Of a stretch of DNA of 64,000 nucleotides, positions 49,216 through 62,566 are shown in pieces (position 1 is the stretch's first letter; each line of letters starts with the position of its first letter). Under the pieces are notes generated by a model that searched no databases, had not been told where the DNA came from, and saw only the letters and a program-made list of their open reading frames with translations. The stretch lies in the NCBI GenBank assembly GCA_000182565.2, contig KQ257471.1. One strand, given 5' to 3'. This DNA is from Spizellomyces punctatus DAOM BR117. Its lineage: Eukaryota. The position numbers and the translations under genes are program-made.

Positions 49216-51763
49216 ATGCCTGTTAGCGAGCACGCCCAGGTGGATATCACCAAACCATTGTTATTCGAGATTGCATGGGAGGTTGCGAATAAAGGTTTGT
49301 CTCCAATTCATACGGTTGTGTAGATGCGCGCGCGCGCTAAGTTTGAAAATGACAGTGGGTGGAATCTACACTGTGATAAAGTCCAAAGCCCCCGTTACAT
49401 GCAACGAATATGGAGACCGATACTGTCTCATCGGGCCTTTATCCTACAAAACCGCGCCAATGGAAGTAGAAGCCATCACGCAGCCTCAATCAGAAGCCAT
49501 GAAAGCCACATTGGATAATTTGGCGCAGAGGGGTGTGAAATATCTTTATGGGCGTTGGTTGATTGAGGGGGCGCCGCATGTGTTGTTGTTGGATGTGAGT
49601 TCGGCGTATCATAGGATGAATGAGTGGAAGAGTGATTTGTGGAGTATTGCGGGGATTCCGTCTCCGCCTGATGATCGGGAGACGAATGAGGCGATCGTGT
49701 TTGGGTATCTTGTTGCGTGGTTTTTGGGGGAGGTAAGAAACGAAAGAAAAGATCGTGTTTTTTTTATATACATTAAAAACTAAAGGGTTGATTTTTTGGG
49801 ATCTTGAAGTTTCTCCATCAACAACAATCTCTCAGGTCTTTCCCCGACTCTGAAGTCGACGATCGGCACCCCCCAAACACCAAACCCGCCATCATTGCCC
49901 ACTTTCACGAATGGCTCGCAGGCGTCGCGCTCGTCCTCCTCCGGAAACGCGCATTGAATATTGCAACTATCTTTACGACGCATGCGACATTATTGGGTCG
50001 ATACCTCTGTGCAGGCGACGTGGATTTTTATAATAACCTAAAATTCTTTGATGTGGATGCTGAGGCTGGGAAACGTGGATTTATCATCGGTATTGTATTG
50101 AGCGGCTGCGNNNNNNNNNNNNNNNNNNNNNNNNNNNNNNNNNNNNNNNNNNNNNNNNNNNNNNNNNNNNNNNNNNNNNNNNNNNNNNNNNNNNNNNNNN
50201 NNNNNNNNNNNNNNNNNNNNNNNNNNNNNNNNNNNNNNNNNNNNNNNNNNNNNNNNNNNNNNNNNNNNNNNNNAGTTTACTCGAGGACACTTTTACGGGT
50301 ACAATGATTTTGATTTGGATAATACATTGTATTTCTTTACGGCTGGGCGATACGAGTTTCGGAATAAGGGGGTTGATATGTTTATAGAGTCCATGGCGCG
50401 TGAGTATTTGTTTTGTTAAAAGTTTAATGGGTGGCATGTAAACGCTCGTTTTATAGGTTTGAATGCCCGGTTGAAGCATTACAATTCGCCTGTGACTGTT
50501 GTTGCGTTTATCATCATGCCGGCTTCTACGCATAGCTTTACGGTGGATGCGTTGAAAGGGCAGGCTGTGATGAAGCAATTGAAGGATACCGTGACCGAAA
50601 TTCAGGATTCTATTGGGAGTCGAATTTTCGATAACGCTGCTAGGTAAAAAAAAGATAAAAAAAATAGTGAACCTTGTATTTCATTTTATTCATTAGTTTT
50701 TTTTTTGACTAGGGGCAAGATCCCAGACGCATCTCACCTCGTCTCGGACCAAGACTTTGTCCTCCTCAAACGCCGAATCTTTGCTCTAAAACGGGACTCA
50801 CTCCCCCCGATCGTGACGCATAACATGGCCGATGATAAAAATGATCCCATTTTGAACCAAATGCGACAAGTGAAGCTCTTTAATGCTCCCGAGGATCGTG
50901 TGAAAATGATTTTTCATCCAGAGTTTTTGAGTTCGAATTCTCCGCTTTTGGGATTGGATTATGAGGAGTTTGTGCGTGGGTGTCATTTAGGTGTTTTCCC
51001 TAGTTACTATGAGCCTTGGTACGTTTCATTATCTTGATTTGTTAGCGAACATATAGTAACACTTTTTTTTAGGGGTTACACACCCGCAGAATGCACCGTG
51101 ATGGGCGTCCCATCCATCACGACCAACCTCTCTGGTTTCGGTTGCTTCATGGATGAAATGATTTCACACCCACCCGACTATGGAATCTACATTGTAGACC
51201 GCCGTCTCAAATCCGTTGAAGAATCCTGCCAACAACTCGCAGACTACATGATGGACTTTTGTCAAAAATCGCGTCGTCAGCGTATTAACCAACGAAACCG
51301 TACCGAACGCCTCTCGGACCTCCTTGATTGGAAACGCATGGGATTGGAATACGTTAAAGCGCGATGGGTCGCGATTCGACGTAAATGGCCCGACATTGTC
51401 GCCCAACATGAAACCGATTTAGATTCCGATGAATATGGAGCGGAATTACAGTATGGATATGAATCTGATGCGAACCCTTCTGGATTACAACGAGAGGATT
51501 TGACGAATTTGAGGTATCATCAAAAAGTCCCGCGTCCCGCTTCTGCGCCTGGATCTCCTAGAATTCGGGAGCGGATTGATGAGGATGAGGATGTTGTTGA
51601 TGGTACCGGGGGCTTATTTGAGGATATGGATCCTGTTGGGTTGATTGAGGGGTTGAAGGCTTTGGGTGTCAAGGGGACCGCCAAGGGCTATGTTCCGCCT
51701 GTGACTGAGGGTAGGGCGTCGAGTACGGGGGATTTGAATGCGAATGATCATGGTAGCAAGTAA
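49216..51763 (+). CDS. GSY1: Glycogen synthase
   Basis: [92 protein letters not shown]; interrupted by an assembly gap. Confidence 0.97.
50111..50273. other. Assembly gap (N run) inside glycogen synthase
   Basis: Run of N bases. Confidence 1.
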
Positions 51764-52008
51764 GAAAAAAGACCCAAAAAAAAAAAAACAGCGAGACAGA
51801 TTTGTGGTTTGTGTGTTTTTTTTTGTCTTCTTGTCTTCTTGTCAGATGCAATGAAAATCCTTTTAAAAAAAAAAGAAATACAAAAGAGATTTGGATAAAA
51901 CTTTATACACATTTTTTATACACATAAAAACAGTTTACAAGTATCGCCCCATCCATCCAACGAATCCTGTACTCTCAAAAATAAAATAAAATAAAAAAGG
52001 GCCCTTAC

Positions 52009-54511
52009 TTAGAACGGTAAACTCCAACTCCTCTTTTTGACCCTTCCCCCATTCGTATCCTTGACCTCTCTCAAAAACTCTACAACACACCCTTCATAAC
52101 ATAACCCAGGATGCACCACAACCGTCTCCAAAAACTTTTGAAAAGCGACAAGTCGGTCTCCAACAACTTTGGACGAAAACCGATCCAACCATCTCTTTTT
52201 CGGAAAGTGTGTACAAAGTAATGTAGGATACATTTTACTTAGTGCCGTGTACAATGCCCGGAATTCTCGATAGCGTTTATAAATCGTGTAGGATTTCGCT
52301 GTGGGGTTTTCGTAGGCTGTGATATGGGGGCGTAAGAGTGTGATTGTGATTTTATAGAGTGTGTGACGGGGGAGGGTTGTCGATGGTGTTGGATCGGATA
52401 TGTGGGTGTAGATGCCGAGGTGGTAGTATCGCGGTGGGACGGATGAAGAAGGCGGGAGGGGGAGAGTGGAGAAATAGTAGTTTGTGGATGGGGGGTCGTC
52501 AAAGATGGGGGGGAGGGTGTCAAAGGTTTCAGAGAGGTGATCGTCTGCTAGGCTTTCTGCTAGGCTTTCTGCTAGACTTTCTGCGAGGCTTTCTGAGATG
52601 CTTTCGGCTAGACTGTTTGATTCGATGGTGGTTTCGGAGGAATAGATACTATCGGTTCCAACGCCGTAGGACCAGCCTTTGCGTTTCCGAATGTAGAGGT
52701 CGTCATATAGATATGTGGATTCAAAGCTTGTTCGGCTGTGCGTGTCGGTTGGGTCGTGGGGAGTAGTTGTGATCATGGTAGTGGCGATCGGGGTTGTAGA
52801 GGTCGTGANNNNNNNNNNNNNNNNNNNNNNNNNNNNNNNNNNNNNNNNNNNNNNNNNNNNNNNNNNNNNNNNNNNNNNNNNNNNNNNNNNNNNNNNNNNN
52901 NNNNNNNNNNNNNNNNNNNNNNNNNNNNNNNNNNNNNNNNNNNNNNNNNNNNNNNNNNNNNNNNNNNNNNNNNNNNNNNNNNNNNNNNNNNNNNNNNNNN
53001 NNNNNNNNNNNNNNNNNNNNNNNNNNNNNNNNNNNNNNNNNNNNNNNNNNNNNNNNNNNNNNNNNNNNNNNNNNNNNNNNNNNNNNNNNNNNNNNNNNNN
53101 NNNNNNNNNNNNNNNNNNNNNNNNNNNNNNNNNNNNNNNNNNNNNNNNNNNNNNNNNNNNNNNNNNNNNNNNNNNNNNNNNNNNNNNNNNNNNNNNNNNN
53201 NNNNNNNNNNNNNNNNNNNNNNNNNNNNNNNNNNNNNNNNNNNNNNNNNNNNNNNNNNNNNNNNNNNNNNNNNNNNNNNNNNNNNNNNNNNNNNNNNNNN
53301 NNNNNNNNNNNNNNNNNNNNNNNNNNNNNNNNNNNNTTCGTGCCAGCACTCGTTGGCATTGTTTGAATGTAGGGTTCTTGACAGGCTTGCTCTGAAACGG
53401 GTATTTCATCCACGACGGGGAGGAGCAATGGGGGAACACTCGATTCAAAGGGCGTCTCAATCTCTTCGCCGAGACCAAATGTTCCCACGGAGCCGACCGA
53501 GCCGCCTCGTCGGTGTTTATTGGGTTTGATCGTCACGTCCGAGTCTGCGTCGGTTTCGGACATGAAGCTGAGGCGGTTGAGGCGGGGTGTCATCATCATG
53601 TCCGTGTCAACATTGAAGCTTTCCGAGGTGGTAGAGTGCGCATCTTCTGAGGGCATGTGCGAGGCGTCCTTGTCCGAGTGAGCGAGGTATGCGTCCAGGG
53701 TCGACTCACTTTCCAAGCTCTCGTAGTCGGGTGTGGATGAGGACGAGGAGGCGTGATTCGGTCTGTCGACAATGTCATTGTCTAGAGGTGCAAGTATCTC
53801 GCGCTCCAGTATGGGAACCGACATGTTGTTGTGGTTGGGTCGCGGAGTAAGGTCATTGTCTGCCGCGACGACAACATCATTTGAGAGGGACGGCGATCTC
53901 GGCTGAAAGTCATTCTTGTCCGGACGTGCAGGTATCTCGCGCTCGAGGATGGGAACAGACATGTTGGCGTGGTTGGGTCGGGGAGTGAGATCATTGTCTA
54001 GAGGTGAAGATTTCCCTCGTTCGAGAATGGCCCAGCGTTCGAGAATGGGGCCGTGTGTGTCGTTGGACCGGGGAGTAAGGTCATTGTCTGCCGGAACGAT
54101 ACATTCATTCGCGAGGGGCGGCGACCTCGGCTCAAGGTCATTCTTGTCTAGAGGTATCTCGCGCTCGAGGATGGGAATAGACATGTTGGCGTGACTGGGT
54201 CGGGGCGTCAGATCATTGTCTGCAGCCCCGAGTTCATTCGACATGGGAACACTTGCAGGCGGTTGAACTGTAGACTTTTCGGGGGATCCCAAAGAGGCAT
54301 TTGAGTTCTCGTCGTCGACGGCCTTCTTTTCTCTGGATTCAACGGCAGTCGACAAGGCACGAGTCAATGCAAAGTCGACAATGAGGGAAGTGAGGAGGGC
54401 GTCCGAGGATCTTTTTGCGTCCAATGAGACGAGCGGTTCGTCGTCGACTGAGGGAGCACCAGAGTGATGAATGTGGGTGGGGAAGGCTGTCGAGATTTTG
54501 TAGACGGCCAT
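52009..54511 (-). CDS. PX (phox homology) domain protein with long repetitive N-terminal region; 5' end uncertain
   Basis: C-terminal HTLYKITI..YTIYKRYREFRALYTAL..FPKKRWLDRFS..VVGDRL..FQKFL; open frames on both sides of the N gap. Confidence 0.7.
52809..53336. other. Assembly gap (N run)
   Basis: Run of N bases. Confidence 1.
53760..54225 (-). repeat. Imperfect coding repeats DNDLTPRPNHANMSVPILEREI
   Basis: Recurring GACAATGA(T/C)CT..AC and ATGTC..TTCCCAT..T.GAGCGCGAGATAC units. Confidence 0.85.
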
Positions 54512-55329
54512 GAGACATTTACGAACCCGTGGAGAGTAGCAAAGGGGACGTTAATGACTTTCAAGTCGAGAGAAACCGTGCAGGTAAATGGGAGGCTCCC
54601 TAACGAGTATTGGAATTGCAAGAGTGTGTCGTGTAAAGTCGTTTCAACAAGCCAATACCGGACGCTATGCAAAACAAGGAGGAATATCAACAGTAACAAA
54701 CAGCAATACAGACATGCAAACTCTAATGGAGAAATAAAAAAATAAAAAAAAAGAGATGATGATGATGATTCCCCGAGCCAAAAAAGTGTGAAAAAATAAT
54801 GGCAAACAGATGGGCCCCCTCTCTCCTAAATGTCACGCGTTGCCGCCAGTTCCACATTTTGTATCCCACTTTGTATCCAAATATGATGATGGTTGTTAAC
54901 ACGGGTGGTTTAACACAGCAGGTTTTAGATGTATTGGAATGACTAGAATTTCATATCGATGTTGAATATGGGAGATTTGTAATTTATTCCCTTGTGGGTT
55001 CGTTGCTATTTCATAGCAATTGCTGTGGTGCTACTACATCATCATACCCTGGTTTAACGCATTCATACCTGGGCTTGACGCATTCTGCTGTGTTTCTGCT
55101 GTGTATCCGTTTATCTGTTCCATCATATATTCGATATCTAGTTGTAGAGAGAGTAGAGAGAGAGAGAAGAAGAAACTTTTAGAGGGCACTTAAACGTGTG
55201 CATAACCTTGTAACTCGTAAGAGCAACACACGACAACAGCAGTCAAATGTGTGTTCAAATCAACCAATGTATCATGATTGTGAGTAAAATAAAAACAATA
55301 TAAATAAATAGGTTTAGAATGAGTGAAAA

Positions 55330-55398
55330 CTCTCTCTCTCTCTATTAGAAGAAACAATATCTATTACACACACACACTCTCTCTCTCTCTCCCTTACA

Positions 55399-55458
<60 letters not shown>

Positions 55459-55749
55459 TACATACATACATACATACAGATGAAATTCTCTCTCTCACAC
55501 ACACATTCATTCATAGTCTCTCTCTCTCTTGTGGTCTCTGTCTGTGGATATTTCTCTCTCTCTCTCTCTCTCTCTCTAATTAACGTCTCTCTCACTCACT
55601 CACTAGTAGCATTATTCTCTCTCTCTCATCAACACACAATCACACACAATATCACATTCACACTCCATCATTCTCTCTCTCTTTTCACTCGATCATTCTC
55701 ACTTGCAGATTACATTCACTCTTGTCTCTCCCCCTTACTAGTAGCATTA

Positions 55750-55780
<31 letters not shown>

Positions 55781-55812
55781 GTTCTCTTGTTCTAACGTGT
55801 CACTCTCTCTTT
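55330..55812. repeat. Compound microsatellite (CT)n/(CA)n/(CATA)n upstream of AP-3 delta
   Basis: Directly visible dinucleotide and tetranucleotide runs. Confidence 0.95.
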
Positions 55813-55924
55813 CACACTCGCACACTCCTTGATTACATCATCTCACACTCGTATTATCACGTGATTCATACTCACATTTAGTATCTCTTGTTGTTGTTGC
55901 ATTCATTGCATTCATTCATTCATC

Positions 55925-58900
55925 ATGTTTGAAAAGGTAAGTATCAATTATTACACACTCATCTTCTCGTTTATTGACAATGTACTAGTCCCTAGCAGAC
56001 CTCATTCGAGGGTTACGCGCAAACAAAAAGAATGAGCAAAAGTACATTGGATCTTGCTTGGACGAGATTAGGTCTCAGGTCAGAACAAACGACCCTCACA
56101 CAAAGGCTACAGCCATACAGAAACTCGCCTATCTCCACATGCACGGATACGACATGTCTTGGGCTTCTTTCCACGTTATTGAAGTCATGTCCCTCCAAAA
56201 GACGCTCTACAAGCGCATTGGCTATCACGCCGCCGCAGTCTCTTTTCGTCAAGACACGGACGTTCTCATGCTCTGCACCAATTTGATCAAAAAGGTATTG
56301 TATTCGAGATTCGATCGCTAAGCAGGGGGAAATGCGATAGTGAGAGGCGTGAGCAACTGGTGACGAAAAGGGAGGGAAAGCGTTGGGACGACTAGCAAGT
56401 ATGACCATGAACGAGGGGATAACGGGCACTATGGAGTGGAAAACATGTTCTCATCCATCTCTCTCTCTCTCTTTCTCACACACACTCTCTCTCCCTCTGT
56501 ATCTCCCCTCTTTTCGTCCTCGTCACGATAGGACCTCTCGTCAAATAACTATGTCGACACAGCGATTGCATTGCACGGCCTCGCCTCCATCGTCACCCCA
56601 GACCTCGGACGCGACCTCTGCCCAGACCTGATTGCCATGCTCAACCATTCACGCCCCTACATTCGCAAACGCGTCATTCTCGTCTTGTATCGCGTGTTTT
56701 TAAAGTATCCTGAAGCATTGAGGATGGCCTTTCCGAGATTAAAGGAAAAGTTGGATGATCCTGATCCAGGTGGGTTCTGAACGCGCGCGCGCCATGTTGG
56801 ACGTGTTGGCATATTCTTATGAATCTACTGTTTGTCTTTTTGCATCTTGTTTCTCAAATGCCATGTCATACATGTCCTCGATATTGGATATCATGCTCTG
56901 GCTATACGTCTTGAACTTGTCATGGATTATCACCCTCGGCTCTTGGAAATTGTCTACCCCTTTGATACTGCCATGCCTCTTTTTTGGGATGACCTCCTCG
57001 ATAGCCGTGGTGTCGGCGGCAGTCAATGTGATTTGCGAACTGGCGAGAAGAAATCCAAAGAGTTACCTCCCCCTCGCTCCCCAACTCTACGGACTCTTGA
57101 CAAACTCGACCAACAACTGGATGCTCATTAAAATCATCAAACTGGTAAGTGTGTCTGTCTTTTTTACCCCCGTCATGGCCGCGGCCTCGACCGGTAGAGG
57201 GCACGTTGATACGGGCTCAACGACTACATGGTCTGGGGTGAAACGACACAGGGGCATATCAGAGTTTCCGACTTGAAGCCCGTTTGGCGAAAATGAAAAT
57301 GTCGCTAAAACCTTTCATGTCAGTTTGCAGCACTGGCGCCCCTCGAGCCCCGTCTCATCAAAAAACTCGTCCCGCAAATTTCGAGCGTCATCCAGAGCAC
57401 CAGCGCAATGTCCCTCCTCTACGAGTGCATTCATACCGTGATTATAGGAGGCATGATTGGTCCCGAGACAGAGAATGGAGAGAATGAGGCACAGGATTCC
57501 GCGCTGGCGAGATTGTGCACTGCAAAACTAAAGCTGTTTATCGAGGAGCCTGATCAAAATTGTACCGTTTCTTTCGTGCCTCGCTTGTCGTTTCTGGGTT
57601 GTCATGACTGATTGCTTTCGCCCTCCTTTTACAGTAAAGTACCTTGGCCTGTATGCCTTGTCAAAGCTCCTCGCCGTACGTCCGAAAGCCGTCGTGGAAC
57701 ATCGGGATACCATTCTCGAATGCTTAGATGACGCCGATGTGAGCATTCGCATGCGAGCTCTGGATATTGTGACTGGAATGGTACGGCACCGCCAAATGCC
57801 ACATTGTCACCTGTGACGGACATGTTTTGATTATAAACAACATATTTAGGTCACACCAGGAAATCTGGTCCAAATCGTTCGCAAGCTCATGACCCAGCTC
57901 TTACCTCCCACCGCGGACACCTCCCCCTCTGCATCCTACCCACCCCCCTCGGTCACACCCATTCTCGACGCCACAGACCGCGCCCATGTCATAGAGCGCA
58001 TCATCTCCATTTGCTCTCAAGATACCTATACCAATGTCACCAACTTTGAATGGTACATTACCCTTTTGACAAACTTGGTCCGCGTCCGGGGTGTGGATGT
58101 CGGCACGCGCCTGTCTGCGCAACTCATTGATGTGTCGGTGCGCGTACCTGAAGTCCGTGAATTTGCCGTGCAGGCCATGACGGCGTTAATTGAGGATGAG
58201 GGGGTGATGCAGTCTGCCAACCAGGACATGAACAATGCGCGCGTGTTGGTGGGTGCTGCGTGGATTGTGGGGGAGTATTGCATATACCTTGTGGATCCGG
58301 TTCGTATCATGATGAGGATGCTCGCGCCGGGTGTGACGCGCTTGCCTCCCACCGTGCAAGCCGTGTACCTCCACAACGTATTGAAGATTTATGGACACTG
58401 GGCTTGTACGGCTACCGACCCCACCACTACGACGCAATCGATCCTGGAAGCTCTAAGGCCATTTAAAACGAGTTTTGATTCCGAAGTCCAGGAACGGGCT
58501 TGTACTCTTTTTGAAATCCTCCACCTCGCTCTATCGGATCCTGCCCTGGTCCCATCTATCCGGGCACTGTTTAGTGGTGAATTGAACCCGGTTGCCCCCA
58601 AAGCTCAAAAACGTGTCCCAGTGCCTGCGGGACTGGACCTGGACCAGTGGATTCATGAACCGGAACCGGAGCCTGTTCAAGAAGAAGAAGAGGAAGAGGA
58701 CAATGACAGAGTGCCAGATGAATGGTTCAAACAAGACGTACAAGAACAGATTGTGGATTCTGATGATGTTGAGCGGGTATAACTCAAGTTCGGCCCTTTT
58801 TCTTTTGAGACTCTAGACACTAATCCCTTTTGACTAGCGCCGACAATCCCGAGCGGAGCGTCTCAAGCATGATCCGTTTTACATTCCCTCCAAACCCCTC

Positions 58901-60150
58901 TACGACGATATTGACATTAACGAGATCCCTATTGTCCGCCTTGAGCTTAATGTTCCACCAGAGCAAATAGCCCCAACAAGACAGGTCCCCAAAAAGAAAA
59001 AGAAACGACCGATATCCCCTCCTCCGGTACCGAAAACGTATTCTATCAATCGCGGAGGGGACATGCCAGAGAATAGTGTTGTTTCGAGTGAGGATGATGA
59101 GGTGGAGCATGAGGTGGATGAGGTGACCAAGGCGGTTATGAGTGTGGATTTGAGTTTGGGAGAAGAAACTCGTGTGGAATCTGGGACGAGCCAGGTGGAT
59201 GCCAAGGTGGATGTACCGGCGAAAAAAACTAGGACGAAATCCACCAAGGCGGACAAGGCGGGCAAGACGGGCAAGACGGGCAAGACGGGCAAGACGGGCA
59301 AGAAGAAAACCAAGACGGAATCCAAAACGAAAACGGACAAGCGCAAGAAAAAGGTAAACGAACCATTTGATACTTGTACGTATCTTTTTTCGTTTCTAAC
59401 CACTTGATAGAAACCCGTCTCTATCGCTGACCCGTCGCTTGCACCGAGTACCATCAATAAATCCCTCCTCGCTGTGCGCGGTCTTGAAATGAACACGCCT
59501 TACGAACGCGTCGCGTCGCCGGCCCCAACCGAACAAGCTGAACAAGAATGGGTGGATATTGGAGGCGATGAGCAATTTCAAGTGGTATGTTGTTTTCCTC
59601 TCTCGTATAACCAATTTTTTCGCATTGTAATTTTTTGGTGTAGGCCTTCAAGTATAAACTCTTGCCTTCTTCCACAACCCTCACACTTTTATTCACAAAC
59701 AAAACCCCCTCACCCCTCCCTCTCACCGCGACCCTCTCCCACACGGACCAAGACCTATCCATGACCCTTCCCCCCACATCCACCACAACCCGCACCCTCA
59801 CCATCACGTCCACCCACCACCCAACATGGCTTGATGTCCTTGGTACAAAGTTCTTGGTACCCATCCCCTTGTCACCCGAATCCTTTAATGAGTTGGTAGC
59901 TACTACGAAATGGACTTACTCTGCTCGCAAGACGCTACCGATTTCGGGAGCGAATACAAGAGAGGTCGTCTCTGGTGTTGCACGTGTGCTTGGGATGGAG
60001 CTTGTTGAAGTTGTTGGTGATGCTGGGACTTTGGTTATGAGAGGCGGACAGGTGGTTGGGTTGGTTAAAGTGCTTTGGGAGACGGGTGGGGTTTTGGTTG
60101 AGGTTCGAGGGGTGGGTGAGGTTGAAGGGGTGCTTGAGAGGTTGGTATGA
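55925..60150 (+). CDS. APL5: AP-3 adaptor complex delta subunit
   Basis: MFEKSLADLIRGLR, GYDMSWASFHVIEVMS, KRIGY, RPYIRKR, ICELARRNP, NNWMLIKIIKL, AMSLLYECI, EVQERA, ELNPVAPKAQKRVPVPAGLDLDQWI. Confidence 0.96.
59261..59303 (+). repeat. 9-bp coding tandem repeat (GGCAAGACG)n, encoding GKT, in the AP-3 delta hinge
   Basis: Four perfect copies plus a partial copy. Confidence 0.9.
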
Positions 60151-60532
60151 TTTGAGAGAGATTTAGGCATTGGGTGTATGGGTGTGTGTGCGAGGGTATA
60201 CCCGTAGTTTTGGGAACGGGGAGGTTTGATTTGCGAAATGGGCTTTGTTGAAGGTGTTGGTGATGTTGACTGTGGAGGGAGGTTGGGTTGCTTGAGAGGT
60301 TGGAATGAGTATATTGAGGAAAGCTGTTTTTTCGTACATCTTAGATTGTGTGTTTTTTTTGTGGGATGAGGATGGATAATGAGATAATCTAAATCACTGG
60401 GATTTACTCACTAACACTGTACAGTAGTATTCGCCCCATATTCAATCTATCACGTGAACTCATGACTCCCCAACGACAAAGCACTTGTCACTCCAAAACT
60501 CGTTCAAGTATGAGATCAACGAATCCAGCATA

Positions 60533-60817
60533 ATGTCCAATGCATTCACATTTATCGTCAAATCAACCCTATATGGCGGAAGTATCATTGGCCTCGGATA
60601 CCTCCTCATGAAAGCCACCGTCCCAACACCTGACGAAATGCGCCAGGCAAGCACCCAAAAAAAACAATCACACTCTTGCCGTTATATTGATTATATTTTG
60701 TAGAGATTGGAATCGTTGGGACATGCACCTCTTGAAAAAGAACGTATGAATAAAGTTTTGGAGGTTATTAAAGAGAATGCTGCGAGTGATCGGCCGGTTT
60801 GGGATGTTCGTTGGTGA
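60533..60817 (+). CDS. CBP4: Cytochrome bc1 assembly factor Cbp4-like small mitochondrial membrane protein
   Basis: GGSIIGLGYLLMKATVPTPDEM, GC-AG intron 60647-60703, then ..IKENAASDRPVW. The stop may be 60817, or a further intron may follow. Confidence 0.7.
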
Positions 60818-61440
60818 GTTTTCATGGAATGTGGAAACTTGTGTGAATGATTCTTGTTTTTTTGATTGGTTTTTGTTTTTTCGGCAGGGAGGGGGACTCT
60901 AAAGGGCGGTAAAACTCTACCATATATATGTTTAGGAGGGGTTTGGATGGTGGAGACGAATGTCAAGTTGTTTTTTTTTGGGATGTGGGATTTTGCGGTG
61001 TGTATAGGTGGGTGGTGGTGGGTTTGTGGTAGGGAATGCATGGATGGTATCGTTAAGGATGCCAGATGATCCTTTTGTTAAATATATGGAAAAATATTGT
61101 TGAGTTGGGGGTCTGATACCCCACTTGTATGGACTATGAGTTGGAATCTTTTTGTTTTTATTCACGTTTGCAACTATGCATTTGTTTAATTAAGTGTCAA
61201 AAGGCCACACAAGACTGTTTTTTGTTTGTACTTTTGCAAGGTGAATGAAAACTAACGAGTTGTCATGCCTAGGTAGAGACCTAAACGACTAAAAAAAGAC
61301 GGTTTGCGAAATATATATTCAATGTTTTGTAAAGGGCAACAAAAGGCCTAGTTCCAAACACACAAAAACCCAAACCCTTCAACTCACATATTCAAAAAAC
61401 ATAAAAGGGTATAAAAGTGTAAACAAATAAAATAAAAATC

Positions 61441-62566
61441 TCATTTGGATAACGATCGATGAAATTCCGTCAAGGCACTACACAAAATATAAGTATCCCA
61501 CTTGAATCATGGACCATTACATAACTCACCTCTCTAAATCAAAAAGTAACTGCCGGACTTGATCTTGAGTAATCTCATCTGACGCTCTAAACCGTAAAAA
61601 CCATATCAATATCATATAACCTCCTCCTTTCATCCTCCCCTAAAAACACTCGGACTCACTTCATTTTATTCAACGTAATCAACCTACCCAAACCAAAAAC
61701 CTCATTAACAACATCATCCCACACACCAAAAAAAAAAACACAACAAAAACACAATTTACCAATCCCGAATCTTGACTTTGCCAACATAATCCCCAGGCAA
61801 CGTCGATACTTTATTCAAACTCTGAATCAAATCACTCAATTGCGGATGTATTTGATCCACTGCGACGTAATTCAATTTCAACGAGTCCATTAACGTAATA
61901 AACACCTTACATAAAAAAACTTTTAATTTTCATTCAAACTATTTGTTTTTTTATAATGTGACTTACTTGAACGGTCTCGGCAACGTGTTTAGCTCCACTA
62001 GAACCTTCCACAGAAGCATGCTCTACTGTCGCTGGTACACCCACCTCCAATAACCGTTTCGTAGCCGCCGGACACGACAACTAAAAAAGAAAATACATTC
62101 AGAAATAATCCCTTCCTTTATTGTTTGTTGAGAGACGTGAACACTCTTACCTTGTACCCCTTGATAAAAGCATTAATATCCGGCACAACATCCGAAACAA
62201 GATTCAAAGCCGTCTTGTATTGTGCAATCAATTTCAGGCATGCCGGTGTATACCTAAAAAAAACCCACCACTTAACCCTCATTCCAAATACGATTGTGAT
62301 TTGGGTTTTACGTTACTCTTGGGCTGAGATGGCATCCCGAATGTAGGCTCGTTCCAAGTACTCTGTCGCGACGAGTATACCGTATAAATCAGCCATGTTG
62401 TCGTATTTTTCGCGGTCTTTGTTGGTTGTGTAGAGTCGGAGTTCCTATCATGTGAATTAGCGGACTGTAAAGTGTATTGTGGGGGCGTTTGAAAGGGGGG
62501 ACTTGCTTGGTCGAGGGATCGGTCTGTCGGTGTTGTGGGGTTTGTTGGAGAAAAGGAAGAGTACAT
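61441..62566 (-). CDS. VPS28: ESCRT-I subunit Vps28
   Basis: Reconstructed exons give ELRLYTTNKDREKYDNMADLYGILVATEYLERAYIRD..EYTPACLKLIAQYK..CPAA.KRL..FITLMDSLKLN..DQIHPQLSDL..QVRQLLFDLE. It is missed by the ORF track because the exons are short. Confidence 0.93.

Noticed and set aside
50070-50110. Apparent frameshifts in glycogen synthase ([15 protein letters not shown] region), suggesting a pseudogene
   Set aside because: Two single-G losses in G runs right at a contig end beside an N gap. This is typical low-quality sequence and the rest of the gene is intact.
55314-55881. ORFs with HT/CV/LS/ER repeats
   Set aside because: Translations of microsatellites.
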